A stretch of 64,000 bases of DNA from Atribacterota bacterium (GCA_038203565.1 JBBRDV010000001.1:5028-69027); one strand, 5' to 3'; shown: positions 1 through 13,739, numbered from the stretch's first letter. Notes: a model not told the origin generated them from the sequence alone. A program made the numbers and translations.

Positions 1-113
1 CCCGTAAAAGAAAGTTGTTAGAAAAACAAAAAGCCGGGAAAAAGAGAATGAAAAAGATAGGAAAGGTGGAAATTCCACAAGAAGCATTTTTAGGAATATT
101 AAAAATTGATTAG
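1..113 (+). CDS. lepA: Elongation factor 4 (LepA), C-terminal 36 codons; gene starts upstream of window
   Basis: Frame 3 translates to ...[30 protein letters not shown], a typical LepA C-terminus. lepA-hemW adjacency is common. Confidence 0.6.
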   Translation, partial: RKRKLLEKQKAGKKRMKKIGKVEIPQEAFLGILKID

Positions 114-123
114 GGGATGACTA

Positions 124-1260
124 ATGGAACTAGGACTTTATCTACATTTTCCTTATTGTATATCAAAATGTCCTTACTGTGACTTTAATTCTTACCAATT
201 GAAAGAAGATAATCAAATTTCTCCCTACATTTCCGCTTTATATCAGGAGATAACCGCTTATTCTCAAAAATTAAAAAAAAGCGATATAAAGACTATTTAT
301 TTGGGCGGCGGTACTCCCACTATTTTATCGGGAGTTCAAATTTATAATATATTAGAATTTTGTAAAGATAAATTTACTATTGATAAAAATGCAGAGATAA
401 CCATAGAAGCAAATCCGAGGACATTAGATGGTGAAAAAATAAAGTTACTAATTGAATCGGGAATAAACAGATTAAGTTTAGGAGCCCAGAGTTTCGATGA
501 TTTATTTTTAAAAAAATTAGGTAGACTACATAATACACAAGATATTATCGATTCGTATTTTTTAGCTCGAAAAATAGGATTTAGTAATATTAATATAGAT
601 ATCATGTTTGCTTTGCCTGGTCAAACTACAGAAGATTTTCAAGCTACACTGAAAAAGGCTGTTTCCTTGAAGCCAGATCACTTATCCCTGTATAATCTGA
701 CCATAAAACCAGGGACAGAATATTATGAAAAATACAAAAGAAATACCTTAAAGCTTCCCTCGGAAGATGAAGAATTTGATATGTATCACCGGGCAATAAA
801 TTTTCTCAAAAAAAATAATTTTGAGCACTACGAGATAGCGAATTTTGCACGTCCTCATAAGAGATCGCTGCATAACCAAATTTATTGGCAAAATCAACCA
901 TATTTAGGTATAGGCGCAGGAGCATATTCTTTTATAAGAGGGTATCGATATATGAATTTTAAAGATCCGGAAAAATATATCAAAGAAGTAATAAATGATA
1001 AATTACCTATAGAACATGGAGAAAAATTATCCTTAAGAAAAAGAATGATAGAAACCATCATTTTAGGTTTGAGGACCAAAGATGGTGTAAGTTATAAAAA
1101 ATACAAGACAAGATTTAGGATTAACCTTAATGATATTTTTTCTAAACAGATTAATAAATTAGTCAATTTAGGACTGTTAAAAAAAGACGATTGTAAAATA
1201 AAATTAACCAATAAGGGTATTTTTCTGGCTAATATTGTTTTTAGGGAATTTGTTGATTGA
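124..1260 (+). CDS. hemW: Radical SAM heme chaperone HemW (coproporphyrinogen III oxidase-like)
   Basis: 378 aa with a CxxxCxxC radical-SAM motif (CISKCPYC), a GGGTP motif and a HemN_C-like tail. Follows lepA. Confidence 0.85.
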   Translation: MELGLYLHFPYCISKCPYCDFNSYQLKEDNQISPYISALYQEITAYSQKLKKSDIKTIYLGGGTPTILSGVQIYNILEFCKDKFTIDKNAEITIEANPRTLDGEKIKLLIESGINRLSLGAQSFDDLFLKKLGRLHNTQDIIDSYFLARKIGFSNINIDIMFALPGQTTEDFQATLKKAVSLKPDHLSLYNLTIKPGTEYYEKYKRNTLKLPSEDEEFDMYHRAINFLKKNNFEHYEIANFARPHKRSLHNQIYWQNQPYLGIGAGAYSFIRGYRYMNFKDPEKYIKEVINDKLPIEHGEKLSLRKRMIETIILGLRTKDGVSYKKYKTRFRINLNDIFSKQINKLVNLGLLKKDDCKIKLTNKGIFLANIVFREFVD

Positions 1261-1274
1261 TTTTTCAAAACATC

Positions 1275-1303
1275 TTGACAAATTTATTCTATGGTGATAT
1301 CTT
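1275..1303 (+). promoter_or_regulatory. Sigma-A-like promoter for the hrcA operon (TTGACA, 17 nt, TATCTT)
   Basis: TTGACA at 1275-1280, a 17-nt spacer, then a TA-rich hexamer. Sits immediately upstream of CIRCE. Confidence 0.4.
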
Positions 1304-1314
1304 ATTTAAGGTAG

Positions 1315-1341
1315 TTAGCACTCTCCATATGAGAGTGCTAA
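1315..1341 (+). promoter_or_regulatory. CIRCE operator (HrcA binding site) TTAGCACTC-N9-GAGTGCTAA
   Basis: Perfect 9-N9-9 inverted repeat matching the CIRCE consensus, located 13 nt upstream of hrcA. Confidence 0.9.
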
Positions 1342-1353
1342 TAGGGGTGTATA

Positions 1354-2385
1354 ATGGAATTAAACGAAAGAATGAAAACTATATTAGCTGCCGTAGTACA
1401 TAGATATTTTACTACTGCGGAACCGGTGAGTTCGGCTATTATTGCTCAAAAATATCATTTAAACTCGAGTACCGCCACCATAAGGCACGAAATGTATCTA
1501 TTAGAAAAAAATGATTACTTATGGCAGCCACACACCTCATCGGGGAGAATTCCAACCGATAAAGGCTATAGATTTTATGTAGATAATTTGATGATAAAAA
1601 ACTATTTGCAGGAAAAAGAAAAGAGAGAAATTATCCAGATCTATAAAAAAAGCAAAGAGTTTGAAAAAGCGATGAAGATAACTTCCCAATTGTTATCTAA
1701 ATTAACGGATAATATAGGGGTGGTATTGTCACCGATTATTTATAATAATATAGTGAAAAATATTCAGTTTGTATCGCTAGGGAATAATCGTATTTTGACA
1801 GTTATAGTTACCGATGCGGGATTAGTCTGCCAAAAAATAATTAACGTTTCCGGAGAAATCAATAAAGATAGACTAAACTATCTATCTAATTTTATAAATA
1901 GTAAATTAGCAGAAAAAGATATAGATATCACTAATTTAAATAATATTTTATTAGATGAATTGGAAAAAGTAATATCTCTTCAGGAAAAGTTCAGTTATAT
2001 TTATAAGTTTCTAGAAGAATGTTTCGATATTAGTTATTCTGAAAATAAAGTATACTTAGATGGCAGAATAAACTTAATGAAACATCCTGAATTTAAAGAA
2101 ACCGATAAATTGAATTACATCTTATCACTTATCGAAGAAGAAAACGTATTAGCCACTACTATAAGAGGGTATTTAGGCTTTGGAAAGACGATTATAATTA
2201 TCGGTAAAGAAGGTAAACTGAAAGAAATACAAAATTGCAGTCTGGTAACTAGTGAATACAGTATAAAAGGTAAATCTGCTGGGGCTATAGGTATTTTAGG
2301 ACCAACCAGAATGGATTATCCCAGAATGATTTCTATTACTGAATACATCTCGGATAAATTAAGTGAGATATTATCCGAATTTTAA
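1354..2385 (+). CDS. hrcA: Heat-inducible transcription repressor HrcA
   Basis: 343 aa. Sits in the hrcA-grpE-dnaK-dnaJ context and is preceded by CIRCE. Confidence 0.9.
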   Translation: MELNERMKTILAAVVHRYFTTAEPVSSAIIAQKYHLNSSTATIRHEMYLLEKNDYLWQPHTSSGRIPTDKGYRFYVDNLMIKNYLQEKEKREIIQIYKKSKEFEKAMKITSQLLSKLTDNIGVVLSPIIYNNIVKNIQFVSLGNNRILTVIVTDAGLVCQKIINVSGEINKDRLNYLSNFINSKLAEKDIDITNLNNILLDELEKVISLQEKFSYIYKFLEECFDISYSENKVYLDGRINLMKHPEFKETDKLNYILSLIEEENVLATTIRGYLGFGKTIIIIGKEGKLKEIQNCSLVTSEYSIKGKSAGAIGILGPTRMDYPRMISITEYISDKLSEILSEF

Positions 2386-2421
2386 GATTTTTTCATAATG
2401 CTTACTTTTGGAGGATTAATA

Positions 2422-5044
<2,623 letters not shown>

Positions 5045-5102
5045 ACTAGTCGTTAGTGAATAGTCGCTAGTATTGCGTAAAGAAAATCAGGATTCAAGTG
5101 TA

Positions 5103-5133
5103 GGGGCTCGATTCATCGAGCCCGTCTGTTTCT
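5103..5133 (+). terminator. Intrinsic terminator/attenuator hairpin between dnaK and dnaJ (GGGCTCGA-TTCA-TCGAGCCC, then a T-rich tract)
   Basis: Perfect 8-bp GC-rich stem with a 4-nt loop, followed by GTCTGTTTCT. Confidence 0.6.
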
Positions 5134-5187
5134 CGATACGCGCTACTATATTGTAATACGACATACGAGGAAAGAGGGAAACATTAA

Positions 5188-6321
5188 TTGACAAAAAAAG
5201 ACTACTACGAAGTTTTAGGAGTAAAAAAAGAGGCTACTCCTGAGGAAATAAAAAAAGCATACAGACAGCTTGCCCTTAAGTTCCATCCTGATAGAAATAA
5301 ATCTGGTGGTGATACTGAAAAGAAATTTAAAGAAATTAATGAAGCCTACCAAATACTCAGTGACCCAGAAAAAAAGTCAAGGTATGATCAATTTGGTTCA
5401 GCCGAAGGTATGGGAGGGTTTGATTCCCAAGGAAGAGGCTTTTCTGATTTCGGTAACTCCGGAGACTTTAGTGATATTTTTGATTCTTTTTTTGGAACAA
5501 GAACTCGAAAAAATGAGGATAGAGTCCACCCTCAAAAAGGAGCTAATTTAAGATATAATTTAGAAATAAGTTTCGAAGATGCTGCCTTTGGCAAAGAAAC
5601 TAAAATAGAAGTCCCGAGCTGGAAAAATTGTCCAGTGTGTAAAGGAAGCGGAGCCAAACCTGGCACTTCTCCCCAGACCTGCCCTGATTGTAACGGTACA
5701 GGCGAGATCAAAAGCGCTCAAAGTACAATGTTTGGCCAATTTGTTAATATAAAAGCCTGTCCTCGATGTGCAGGAGAAGGGAAAATAATAAAGGATGTAT
5801 GTACTAATTGCAGAGGCACAGGGAAAGTAAAAGAAAATAGAATAGTAAGAGTAAAAATACCAGCTGGTGTAGATAACGGCCATAGGTTAAGAGTTTCCGG
5901 AATGGGAGAACCAGGAGAAAGAGGTGGACCTTCTGGTGATTTATATATAGTATTACATGTAAAACCGCATAAAATATTTACACGTACAGGAATAGATATA
6001 AGCTGTACTCATTCAATTAGTTTTGTAAAGGCAGCATTGGGAGGAGTAACTATTGTTCCTACCTTGGAAGAAAAAGTAAGTCTAAAAATACCCGCTGGCA
6101 CCCAGCCAAATAGTATTTTTAGACTTAGAGGAACAGGAATATTTAAAATTGGAACTCAGCAGCGAGGAAATCAATACGTTAAAATCATATTGGAAATACC
6201 TAAAAAGATGAATGATCAGCAAAGGAATTTATTATTAGAATATGCAAAAATAAGTGGCGAAGATTTAGAGAAATTAGGAGAGAAAGGTATTTTTACAAAA
6301 ATAAAAAATGCTTTTGGGTAA
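5188..6321 (+). CDS. dnaJ: Co-chaperone DnaJ
   Basis: J-domain with HPD motif, a G/F-rich linker, four CxxCxGxG zinc-finger repeats, and a TTG start behind GAGGGAAA. Confidence 0.95.
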   Translation: MTKKDYYEVLGVKKEATPEEIKKAYRQLALKFHPDRNKSGGDTEKKFKEINEAYQILSDPEKKSRYDQFGSAEGMGGFDSQGRGFSDFGNSGDFSDIFDSFFGTRTRKNEDRVHPQKGANLRYNLEISFEDAAFGKETKIEVPSWKNCPVCKGSGAKPGTSPQTCPDCNGTGEIKSAQSTMFGQFVNIKACPRCAGEGKIIKDVCTNCRGTGKVKENRIVRVKIPAGVDNGHRLRVSGMGEPGERGGPSGDLYIVLHVKPHKIFTRTGIDISCTHSISFVKAALGGVTIVPTLEEKVSLKIPAGTQPNSIFRLRGTGIFKIGTQQRGNQYVKIILEIPKKMNDQQRNLLLEYAKISGEDLEKLGEKGIFTKIKNAFG

Positions 6322-6389
6322 AACGAATAACCTAACGCTCCACGCTAATTTCACCGTTTCCCGCTATACCAAAAAAAGGAGTAATATTT

Positions 6390-7709
6390 ATTATTAAAGT
6401 TGCCCTCAAAACACTCGGATGTAAAATAAATCAATACGAGACAGAAAGCATTATCGATCTTTTTAAAGACAAAGGCTTTCAAATAGTAGATTTTCACCAA
6501 AATGCTGATGTATACATAATAAATACTTGCACTGTCACCCAAGAAGCAGATCGAAAATCTAAACAGATGATAAGAAAAGCTATCCGCCAAAACAGTAAAG
6601 CAAAAATAATTGCAACCGGCTGCTATGCACAATCTAATTATGAAGATCTACAAAAAATAGAAGGGATCAGTCTGATAGCAGGAAATGGGGAAAAAAATGA
6701 TATTTTACAACAATTAGAAAAAATAGATTTTCATGATACGGTTATTAGAGTAAAACCTGCAAAATATCTGAAAAAGTATGTCAATATTCTTAAAAACAAA
6801 TCAAGTAGCTTGCATACTCGCGCCTGGCTAAAAATACAAGATGGTTGCAATAGATTCTGTACTTATTGTAAAGTTCCATATGTTAGAGGTCCTTCTCGAA
6901 GTAGATCTGTAGAAGATGTAATGGAAGAAGTGTCTAATTTTAGCAGTAATGGAGTTAAAGAAGTAGTCCTCGCAGGAATTAATTTGGGTACATACGGTAG
7001 GGATATAGATAAAGGAAAAACAAATTTAGTAAAATTAATTTCTCTGATTAGCAATTTTAAGGGAATAAAAAGAATTCGTTTAAGTTCAATAGAATTAATA
7101 GACATAGATGCTGAATTGTTAAATATTTTTAAAAATTGTTCTAAGTTTTGTCATCATCTACATATTCCTCTACAAAGTGGTGATAACAAAATTCTTAATC
7201 TTATGAATCGTCCTTATGATACCTCGATTTTTCACCAAAAGATCTCCTTGATAAAAGAAACAATACCTGACATAGCTATAACTACTGATATTATGGTGGG
7301 TTTCCCTGATGAAGATAGTAATAGTTTCAGCAAAACCGTTAATTTTGCTCGAAAAATATGCTTTGCAAAAATACACGTTTTTAAATATTCTGATCGTAAA
7401 GAGTGCTTATCAGCTTTGCTGCCCAACAAAGTTGATAATGGAACAAAAAAAGAAAGAAGTAAAAAGTTACAAGAATTATCTAAAAAATTATTTTATGATT
7501 TTCAAAAAAGATTCATCAATTCAATTGCTGAAATTTTGGTCGAGGATGAGATAAAAGACCAAGAAGGAAGAATCTATTCTCGCGGTATTACCTCTAATTA
7601 TATTAAAATAATAATTCCTGATTTTATCGCTAAAAAAGGTGAAATAGTTAATGTTAGGTTACATCAAATCTGTTCTAAGTATATCGTTTCAAAAAGATTG
7701 CTAAAATAA
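6390..7709 (+). CDS. mtaB: tRNA methylthiotransferase MtaB (YqeV-like), start codon uncertain (ATT?)
   Basis: A conserved MTTase N-domain (KVALKTLGCKINQYETES...) is encoded in-frame upstream of the first ATG at 6567. A radical-SAM CxxxCxxC is present (CTYCKVPY). dnaJ-mtaB synteny matches the B. subtilis dnaK operon. Confidence 0.8.
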   Translation: MIKVALKTLGCKINQYETESIIDLFKDKGFQIVDFHQNADVYIINTCTVTQEADRKSKQMIRKAIRQNSKAKIIATGCYAQSNYEDLQKIEGISLIAGNGEKNDILQQLEKIDFHDTVIRVKPAKYLKKYVNILKNKSSSLHTRAWLKIQDGCNRFCTYCKVPYVRGPSRSRSVEDVMEEVSNFSSNGVKEVVLAGINLGTYGRDIDKGKTNLVKLISLISNFKGIKRIRLSSIELIDIDAELLNIFKNCSKFCHHLHIPLQSGDNKILNLMNRPYDTSIFHQKISLIKETIPDIAITTDIMVGFPDEDSNSFSKTVNFARKICFAKIHVFKYSDRKECLSALLPNKVDNGTKKERSKKLQELSKKLFYDFQKRFINSIAEILVEDEIKDQEGRIYSRGITSNYIKIIIPDFIAKKGEIVNVRLHQICSKYIVSKRLLK

Positions 7710-7758
7710 TAGTTTTATGTTATAATTAATCGTGCTTAAGTAAAAAGGTTGTTCTCCT

Positions 7759-7795
7759 CAAAAGAGTGGTATTGCAAACCACTCTTTTGTTATAT
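7759..7795 (+). terminator. Intrinsic terminator after mtaB (12-bp stem CAAAAGAGTGGT/ACCACTCTTTTG)
   Basis: Perfect 12-bp inverted repeat with a 7-nt loop, followed by TTATATATT. Confidence 0.65.
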
Positions 7796-7848
7796 ATTAA
7801 GCAATTAATTCACTTGAAACATTTTAATAGGAAGGAGGATAAAGTATA

Positions 7849-8937
7849 TTGTCTATGAATATAAATTTAGCAAAAGTATTAGATGAAATAGAAAAAGAAA
7901 AAGGAATATCTAAAGATATATTAATAGAGGCGATTGAATCAGCGATAACTTCAGCATATAGAAAAAATTATTCAAGTAATAATGATGATATAAAAATAGA
8001 TATATCTAAAGACGGTGGAGAGGTTAAAGTTTACACCAAGAAAATCATTGTACAGAAAGTTTCAGAACCTTTAAAAGAAGTTAGTATAGATGACTTGCCA
8101 ATATCAAATAAGGGAAAGTATAATATTGAGGATACTATTTTAGTAGAAACTACGCCGAAAGAATTTGGAAGAATAGCTGCTCAAACAGCAAAACAAGTAA
8201 TAGTCCAAAAGATTAGAGAAGCAGAAAGAAATGTAATTTATGAAAAATACATTGATAAAGAGAGAGATATTGTTACCGGAGTTGTGCAGAGGATAGAACA
8301 TAAAAACGTTATAATAGATTTAGGAAGAACGGAAGCCCTACTTTTACCGAACGAACAAATAAGAAGTGAAGAATACTACAAGGGAAAAAGAATTAAAATT
8401 TATATCCTTGAAGTAACAAAAACATCTAAAGGGCCCAAGATACTTGCATCCAGAACCCATCCTGAATTATTAAAACGTTTGTTTGAATTGGAAGTCCCTG
8501 AGATTCATGAGGGACTAGTTGAGATTAAAAATATTGCGCGTGAAGCGGGTAAGCGATCAAAAGTTGCAGTTTATTCTAAGGATGAAAGGGTAGACCCGAT
8601 AGGGGCATGTATAGGTGATAGGGGTTCACGAATAAAATTAATTATGCAGGAATTAAAAGATGAAAAAATTGATGTTATAAAATGGAGTGGTGATGAAAAA
8701 ACATTGATTGCTAATTCTTTAAGTCCAGCTAAAGTTTTACTGGTAAATCTTTTCGAAAAGGAAAAGACTGCTACGGTAATTGTACCAGACCAGCAGCTTT
8801 CTTTAGCAATTGGAAAAGAAGGACAAAACGCAAGGCTTGCTGCAAAATTAACCGGATGGAAAATAGATATAAAAAGTGAATCAGGGTATAAAGAGGAGAC
8901 AGATCCGGATTCAAAAAATAATTTAGAGAAAAAATAA
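7849..8937 (+). CDS. nusA: Transcription termination/antitermination factor NusA
   Basis: 362 aa with S1 and KH domains. Sits in the nusA-ylxR-infB-rbfA operon context. Confidence 0.9.
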   Translation: MSMNINLAKVLDEIEKEKGISKDILIEAIESAITSAYRKNYSSNNDDIKIDISKDGGEVKVYTKKIIVQKVSEPLKEVSIDDLPISNKGKYNIEDTILVETTPKEFGRIAAQTAKQVIVQKIREAERNVIYEKYIDKERDIVTGVVQRIEHKNVIIDLGRTEALLLPNEQIRSEEYYKGKRIKIYILEVTKTSKGPKILASRTHPELLKRLFELEVPEIHEGLVEIKNIAREAGKRSKVAVYSKDERVDPIGACIGDRGSRIKLIMQELKDEKIDVIKWSGDEKTLIANSLSPAKVLLVNLFEKEKTATVIVPDQQLSLAIGKEGQNARLAAKLTGWKIDIKSESGYKEETDPDSKNNLEKK

Positions 8938-8962
8938 CTTAATCTTAAAAAGGTATTTACAA

Positions 8963-9238
8963 ATGATAAAAAATCAAAAGATACCTGTAAGAACTTGTAT
9001 TGGTTGTAAATGTAAAAAACCAAAAAAAGAGATGATTAGAATTATAAGAACACCTGATGGAAAAATAGAAATTGATAAGACAGGTAAAAAATCAGGAAGA
9101 GGGGCTTATCTTTGTGGTAATGTTAAATGTTTGGATATTGCCTTTAGGGAAAATAGTTTAAATAAATCCTTAAAGCAAGATATTCCGCTGCCAACGCTTG
9201 ATGAATTAAGAAAAATATTTTTAAAAAATATAAGCTAA
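8963..9238 (+). CDS. ylxR: YlxR/DUF448 family RNA-binding protein
   Basis: 91 aa with a CIGC...CG motif, between nusA and infB. Confidence 0.8.
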   Translation: MIKNQKIPVRTCIGCKCKKPKKEMIRIIRTPDGKIEIDKTGKKSGRGAYLCGNVKCLDIAFRENSLNKSLKQDIPLPTLDELRKIFLKNIS

Positions 9239-9323
9239 AATACAGACTGAATTGGTAAATTGGAGAATTGGTGAATGTAATATATAACAAAGGTTATAAA
9301 ACTTATTGTGGAGGCGATATACA

Positions 9324-11270
9324 ATGAAAATGAGAGTATATGAATTAGCTGAAGACTTAAAAATACCGGCTAAAGAACTGATAGGGTTTTTAAATAGAGA
9401 AGGAGTTAAAGTTAAAAATCACATGAGTACTTTAGATGATGATACTATCGAATTAATTAAGGATGTTATTGATGCTGAAAAGGGAAACAAGGTAAAAGAA
9501 AAGAAGAAACAACTTAAAGTGATAAAGATTAGTAAACTTCCCAATTTAAAAGAACTTTCTTCACAGCTAAAAATTTCTTTATCAGAGATAATACAAAAAA
9601 TTATACAATTTGAAACAATAAGTTCGATTGACAAGGAAGTTCCTTTAAATATTTTAAAATATATCGCTAAGGAATACGGGTACGAGATAGAATTTTCCGA
9701 TAAATTAAAAAGTAAAAGCAATCTCCAAAAAAAAGATAAAAATATAAACTTAATTGCAAAACCTCCTGTCGTTACTGTAATAGGACATGTTGATCATGGT
9801 AAAACTACTCTTCTTGATACTATTCGAAAGACAAATGTCACCAAAGGTGAAGTGGGTGGAATTACCCAACGAATTGGGGCATACCAAATTAATATAGATC
9901 ATAAAAAAATTGTGTTCATTGATACTCCGGGGCATGAAGCTTTCACCACAATGAGAGCCCGAGGAGTAAAAGCTACAGACGTTGCAGTTTTAGTTGTGGC
10001 AGCAGATGATGGAGTAATGCCTCAAACCGTCGAAGCAATTAATCATGCAAAAGCGGCAAATGTTCCTATTATCGTAGCAATAAATAAAATCGACAAAGCT
10101 AATGCCAATGTCGAAAAAGTAAAAAAAGGATTAACAAAATACGACTTAGTTCCTGAAGAATGGGGGGGAGACACTCTAATGGTGGAAGTTTCTGCTCTTC
10201 AAAATAAAGGCATTGACAAATTATTGGAAACTATTTCATTGCAAGCAGAGATGTTAGATTTAAAGGCAAATCCTGACATTCCGGCAAAAGGTCTAATAAT
10301 AGAAACTAAATTAGACAAGAAAAGAGGAATAATTGCTTCAGTATTAATTCAAGATGGTTCGCTAAAGATTGGTGATTATTTTATTGCAGGATTATCCTAT
10401 GGTAAAATTAGAAACCTTCTTGACGACAAAGGAAAAAACATTAAAAAAGCAGGACCTTCAACTCCGGTTGAGATTATAGGTTTTTGTAAAATGCCTCAGG
10501 CAGGTGATTACTTCCAAATAGTACCCGATGATAAGCTGGTTAAAATTATAATTAGCGAAAGAGAGGATGAGGGAAGAAGTAAAATTATAGTAAAATCATC
10601 ACTCTCTTTGGACAATTTATTTTTAGAGATGAAAGAAGGAAAGATAGATAAATTAAATATAATTTTAAAGACGGATACGCAAGGTTCCTTAGAGGCTTTG
10701 CAAGAGTCTATAAAAAAGATAAAAATTGAAAATGAAGAAGTAAAAATTGGCATTATTCATGCAGGTGTCGGAAACATTACCGAAACAGATGTTATGTTAG
10801 CTTCTGCTTCCAAGGCAATAATAATTGGTTTTAATATTCGCCCTGATACAAATGTCCAAAAAATAGCTAAGTTAGAGAAGGTAGACATCAGATTATACAA
10901 AATTATATACGACATAATAGATGAAATTAAGTCTGCTTTAGAAGGTTATTTAAAACCAAAAATCGAAGAATACATCTGCGGACAAGCAGAAGTTAGGGAA
11001 TTATTTAAAATACCTAAGATCGGTACTATTGCAGGAAGCTATGTATTAAATGGTAAAATATCAAATAATGAAAATATACGAGTAATAAGAGACGGTAAAT
11101 TAATATATGAAGGGAAAATTTCTTCACTAAAAAGATTTAAAGAAGATATAAAAGAAGTTAATACTGGTTTTGAATGCGGAATCGGTATAGAAAAATTTAA
11201 TGATATTAAATTAAAAGACATACTTGAATTTTATACTTTTAGAGAAATCAAAGATAAAAAAATTAATTAG
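9324..11270 (+). CDS. infB: Translation initiation factor IF-2
   Basis: GTPase motifs GHVDHGKT and DTPGH. ATG at 9324 follows GGAGG; the track ORF starts at 9306. Confidence 0.95.
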   Translation: MKMRVYELAEDLKIPAKELIGFLNREGVKVKNHMSTLDDDTIELIKDVIDAEKGNKVKEKKKQLKVIKISKLPNLKELSSQLKISLSEIIQKIIQFETISSIDKEVPLNILKYIAKEYGYEIEFSDKLKSKSNLQKKDKNINLIAKPPVVTVIGHVDHGKTTLLDTIRKTNVTKGEVGGITQRIGAYQINIDHKKIVFIDTPGHEAFTTMRARGVKATDVAVLVVAADDGVMPQTVEAINHAKAANVPIIVAINKIDKANANVEKVKKGLTKYDLVPEEWGGDTLMVEVSALQNKGIDKLLETISLQAEMLDLKANPDIPAKGLIIETKLDKKRGIIASVLIQDGSLKIGDYFIAGLSYGKIRNLLDDKGKNIKKAGPSTPVEIIGFCKMPQAGDYFQIVPDDKLVKIIISEREDEGRSKIIVKSSLSLDNLFLEMKEGKIDKLNIILKTDTQGSLEALQESIKKIKIENEEVKIGIIHAGVGNITETDVMLASASKAIIIGFNIRPDTNVQKIAKLEKVDIRLYKIIYDIIDEIKSALEGYLKPKIEEYICGQAEVRELFKIPKIGTIAGSYVLNGKISNNENIRVIRDGKLIYEGKISSLKRFKEDIKEVNTGFECGIGIEKFNDIKLKDILEFYTFREIKDKKIN

Positions 11271-11330
11271 TCGTTAATGAACTTGGTTAGTTAGTTACCT
11301 GGTAGATTGGTAGATTGGGGAATTAGTAAT

Positions 11331-11711
11331 ATGTCATTGTTTAAAAGAAGCGAACAGTTAGAAAAGTCTCTTATAAGAGAAATTAACAATATAATTTATC
11401 GGAAAATAAACGATCCGCGAATAAAGTTTGTTACGATAACAAGGATAAAAGTTTCATCTGACCTGAGATATGCTGACATTTTTGTGACTATTTTTAATGA
11501 TAAGGATCAACAAAAAAAAGCTTTAAAAGGACTTAAAAGTGCGACAAAATTCATAAGAGGTGAATTGGGAAAAGATTTAAAACTGAGATATGTACCAGAT
11601 ATAAAATTTATAATCGATGAAGACTTAGAGCACCAGTACAAATTATTAAAAATTATTACTGAAGTTAATAATCAAAAATCAAATTTGAAGAAAGATAAAA
11701 GTAATGAATAA
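11331..11711 (+). CDS. rbfA: Ribosome-binding factor A
   Basis: RbfA-like sequence starting MSLFKRSEQ... The track ORF is extended from 11307 into a repeat region. Confidence 0.85.
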   Translation: MSLFKRSEQLEKSLIREINNIIYRKINDPRIKFVTITRIKVSSDLRYADIFVTIFNDKDQQKKALKGLKSATKFIRGELGKDLKLRYVPDIKFIIDEDLEHQYKLLKIITEVNNQKSNLKKDKSNE

Positions 11712-12696
11712 TTTTAATGAAATTAACAAATTGCTGCAGAAAAACAATAATTTTTTAATTACTTCCCATGTCAATTTAGATGGAGATGGAATTGGTTCTG
11801 AACTTGCCCTTTATTTCATTCTAAAAAAACTAAAGAAGAAACCCATTATATTAAATCAGGATAGATTGCCAAAAATATATGATTTTTTACCCGGCAGTAA
11901 TAAAGTACATTACTTAAAAGATAATTGTATTGACACAAAAAGTATAGATGTGGGTATAGTGCTTGATTGTAGTAATGTCAAGAGAATTGGAAAGACATAC
12001 GAAATATTTAAAGATATAAAAACCATAATAAACATCGACCATCATACGAGTAACGAAAACTTTGGGGGTTCAAATTATGTAGATAGTTCTGCTTCTTCTG
12101 TCGGAGAAATTATCTATGAATTGATCAAGTCTATAAATATAGATTTATTAGATGAAAAGATTTCTACCTGTTTATTTGCCGCTATCATAACTGATACCGG
12201 TTCGTTTAGATATTCAAATGTAAGCTCAAAGACATTTAAAGTAGCTTCCGATTTAACTTCTAAAGGAATAAAGCCATATTTAATTGCCAATAATATTTAT
12301 AATAGAAACACCTATTCCGGATTAAAATTATTAGGAGAAGCCCTTTCGACCTTAGAGACGGATGAATCTAATTATGTTTCATGGCTAACCATTACCCGAA
12401 AGATGTTAAATGATGCCAAAGCAAAAGATGAGGAGATAGAAGGAATAATTGATGTCTCTACAACCCTAAATAACGTTGAAATATCAATTTTATTTAGAGA
12501 AACTAAAGATAATAAAGTAAAGGTTAGTTTTCGCTCCAAAGGAAGTTTTGACGTAAATAAGTTTGCTGGTAAATTTAAAGGCGGCGGTCATCCAAATGCT
12601 GCTGGTTGTTTATGTTCTGGGAAGTTGGACGAAATGAAAGGAAAAATTCTTTCCGAGTTATTTAGCGACATTAAATATCCTGGGTATGAAAATTAG
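11704..12696 (+). CDS. nrnA: DHH/DHHA1 phosphoesterase NrnA (oligoribonuclease / pAp phosphatase)
   Basis: DHH motifs (DGDGIGS, DHH) and a DHHA1 GGGH motif. Conserved position after rbfA. Confidence 0.8.
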   Translation: MNNFNEINKLLQKNNNFLITSHVNLDGDGIGSELALYFILKKLKKKPIILNQDRLPKIYDFLPGSNKVHYLKDNCIDTKSIDVGIVLDCSNVKRIGKTYEIFKDIKTIINIDHHTSNENFGGSNYVDSSASSVGEIIYELIKSINIDLLDEKISTCLFAAIITDTGSFRYSNVSSKTFKVASDLTSKGIKPYLIANNIYNRNTYSGLKLLGEALSTLETDESNYVSWLTITRKMLNDAKAKDEEIEGIIDVSTTLNNVEISILFRETKDNKVKVSFRSKGSFDVNKFAGKFKGGGHPNAAGCLCSGKLDEMKGKILSELFSDIKYPGYEN

Positions 12697-12815
12697 TTAG
12701 TTAGTTAGCTGGTTAAGAAGACAACAGTCAGGATAGTATATAGTAAAGAAAATAATATCCAGGAACGAAAAATAAAAAAAATATTATGATAATAGAAAAG
12801 ATGATTGTAATATAG

Positions 12816-13739
12816 ATGAACGGCATTTTAAACATATTTAAACCAAAAGGAATTAGCTCATATCAAACTGTAAAAGAGGTTAGGAATATTTTGGGTATTC
12901 CTAAAGCAGGACATACGGGAACATTAGATCCTTCTGCTTCCGGTGTTCTATTAGTATGTATCGGTCAAGCTACAAAAATTGCCGAATTTTTAGTAGGTAT
13001 GGAAAAACACTATCAGGGTGAAATGATTTTGGGTATAAGCACTGATTCCCAAGATTCAGAAGGAAAAATTGTTCAAAGAAGAGAAGTTAAAACTGATATT
13101 GACGAAAAAAGGATTATAGATATATTTCAAAAATATGAAGGCATCATTAGTCAGATGCCTCCGATGTTTTCAGCTGTTCATTACAAGGGAGAAAGATTAT
13201 ATCGTCTTGCCAGGAAAGGCATAGAAGTAAAAAGAAGTCCTAAGGAAATCAAAATATACAAGTTAAATTTGATGAATTTTAACCAAAAGGCGGCCATCGT
13301 TAAATTTGAAGTTATCTGTTCAAAAGGCACATATATTAGAACATTATGTAGCGATATAGGTGATGAATTGGGTTGTGGTGCACATTTATTAAATTTAGTA
13401 AGAAAAAAAGTTGGTAATTTCAGCATTGAAGATTCTTTAAATTTAGAAGAATTAAAGAAAGAAAAAACTTTGGGGAAGAGATATCTTATTAGCATCGATT
13501 CCGCTCTTGGAGAATTAGATAAAATAACCGTAAAAAGTGAAGCAACCAAAACTGTTTTAAATGGCGGGATTATATCAAGTGAGCAAATTGTTGAGATTCC
13601 GAAAGGACTAAAAACAAGAAAAAACAATTTTTTTAAAATATTTGACCTAAAAGGTAATTTTTTATCCATAGGTATTTCAATTAAAAAAAATGGAAAAAAT
13701 ATTTTTTTTAAACCGGTTAAAGTTTTTAGAAATAATTAA
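12816..13739 (+). CDS. truB: tRNA pseudouridine(55) synthase TruB
   Basis: HTGTLD catalytic motif and a PUA-like C-terminus. Confidence 0.9.
   Translation: MNGILNIFKPKGISSYQTVKEVRNILGIPKAGHTGTLDPSASGVLLVCIGQATKIAEFLVGMEKHYQGEMILGISTDSQDSEGKIVQRREVKTDIDEKRIIDIFQKYEGIISQMPPMFSAVHYKGERLYRLARKGIEVKRSPKEIKIYKLNLMNFNQKAAIVKFEVICSKGTYIRTLCSDIGDELGCGAHLLNLVRKKVGNFSIEDSLNLEELKKEKTLGKRYLISIDSALGELDKITVKSEATKTVLNGGIISSEQIVEIPKGLKTRKNNFFKIFDLKGNFLSIGISIKKNGKNIFFKPVKVFRNN

Noticed and set aside
13181-13669. 162-aa minus-strand ORF inside truB
   Set aside because: It is entirely antisense to a well-supported truB CDS and low-complexity. This is a typical AT-rich antisense artefact. The same applies to 8571-9023, 35083-35445, 9419-9721, 43555-44081, 47102-47491, 50312-50641 and most other short ORFs in the track.
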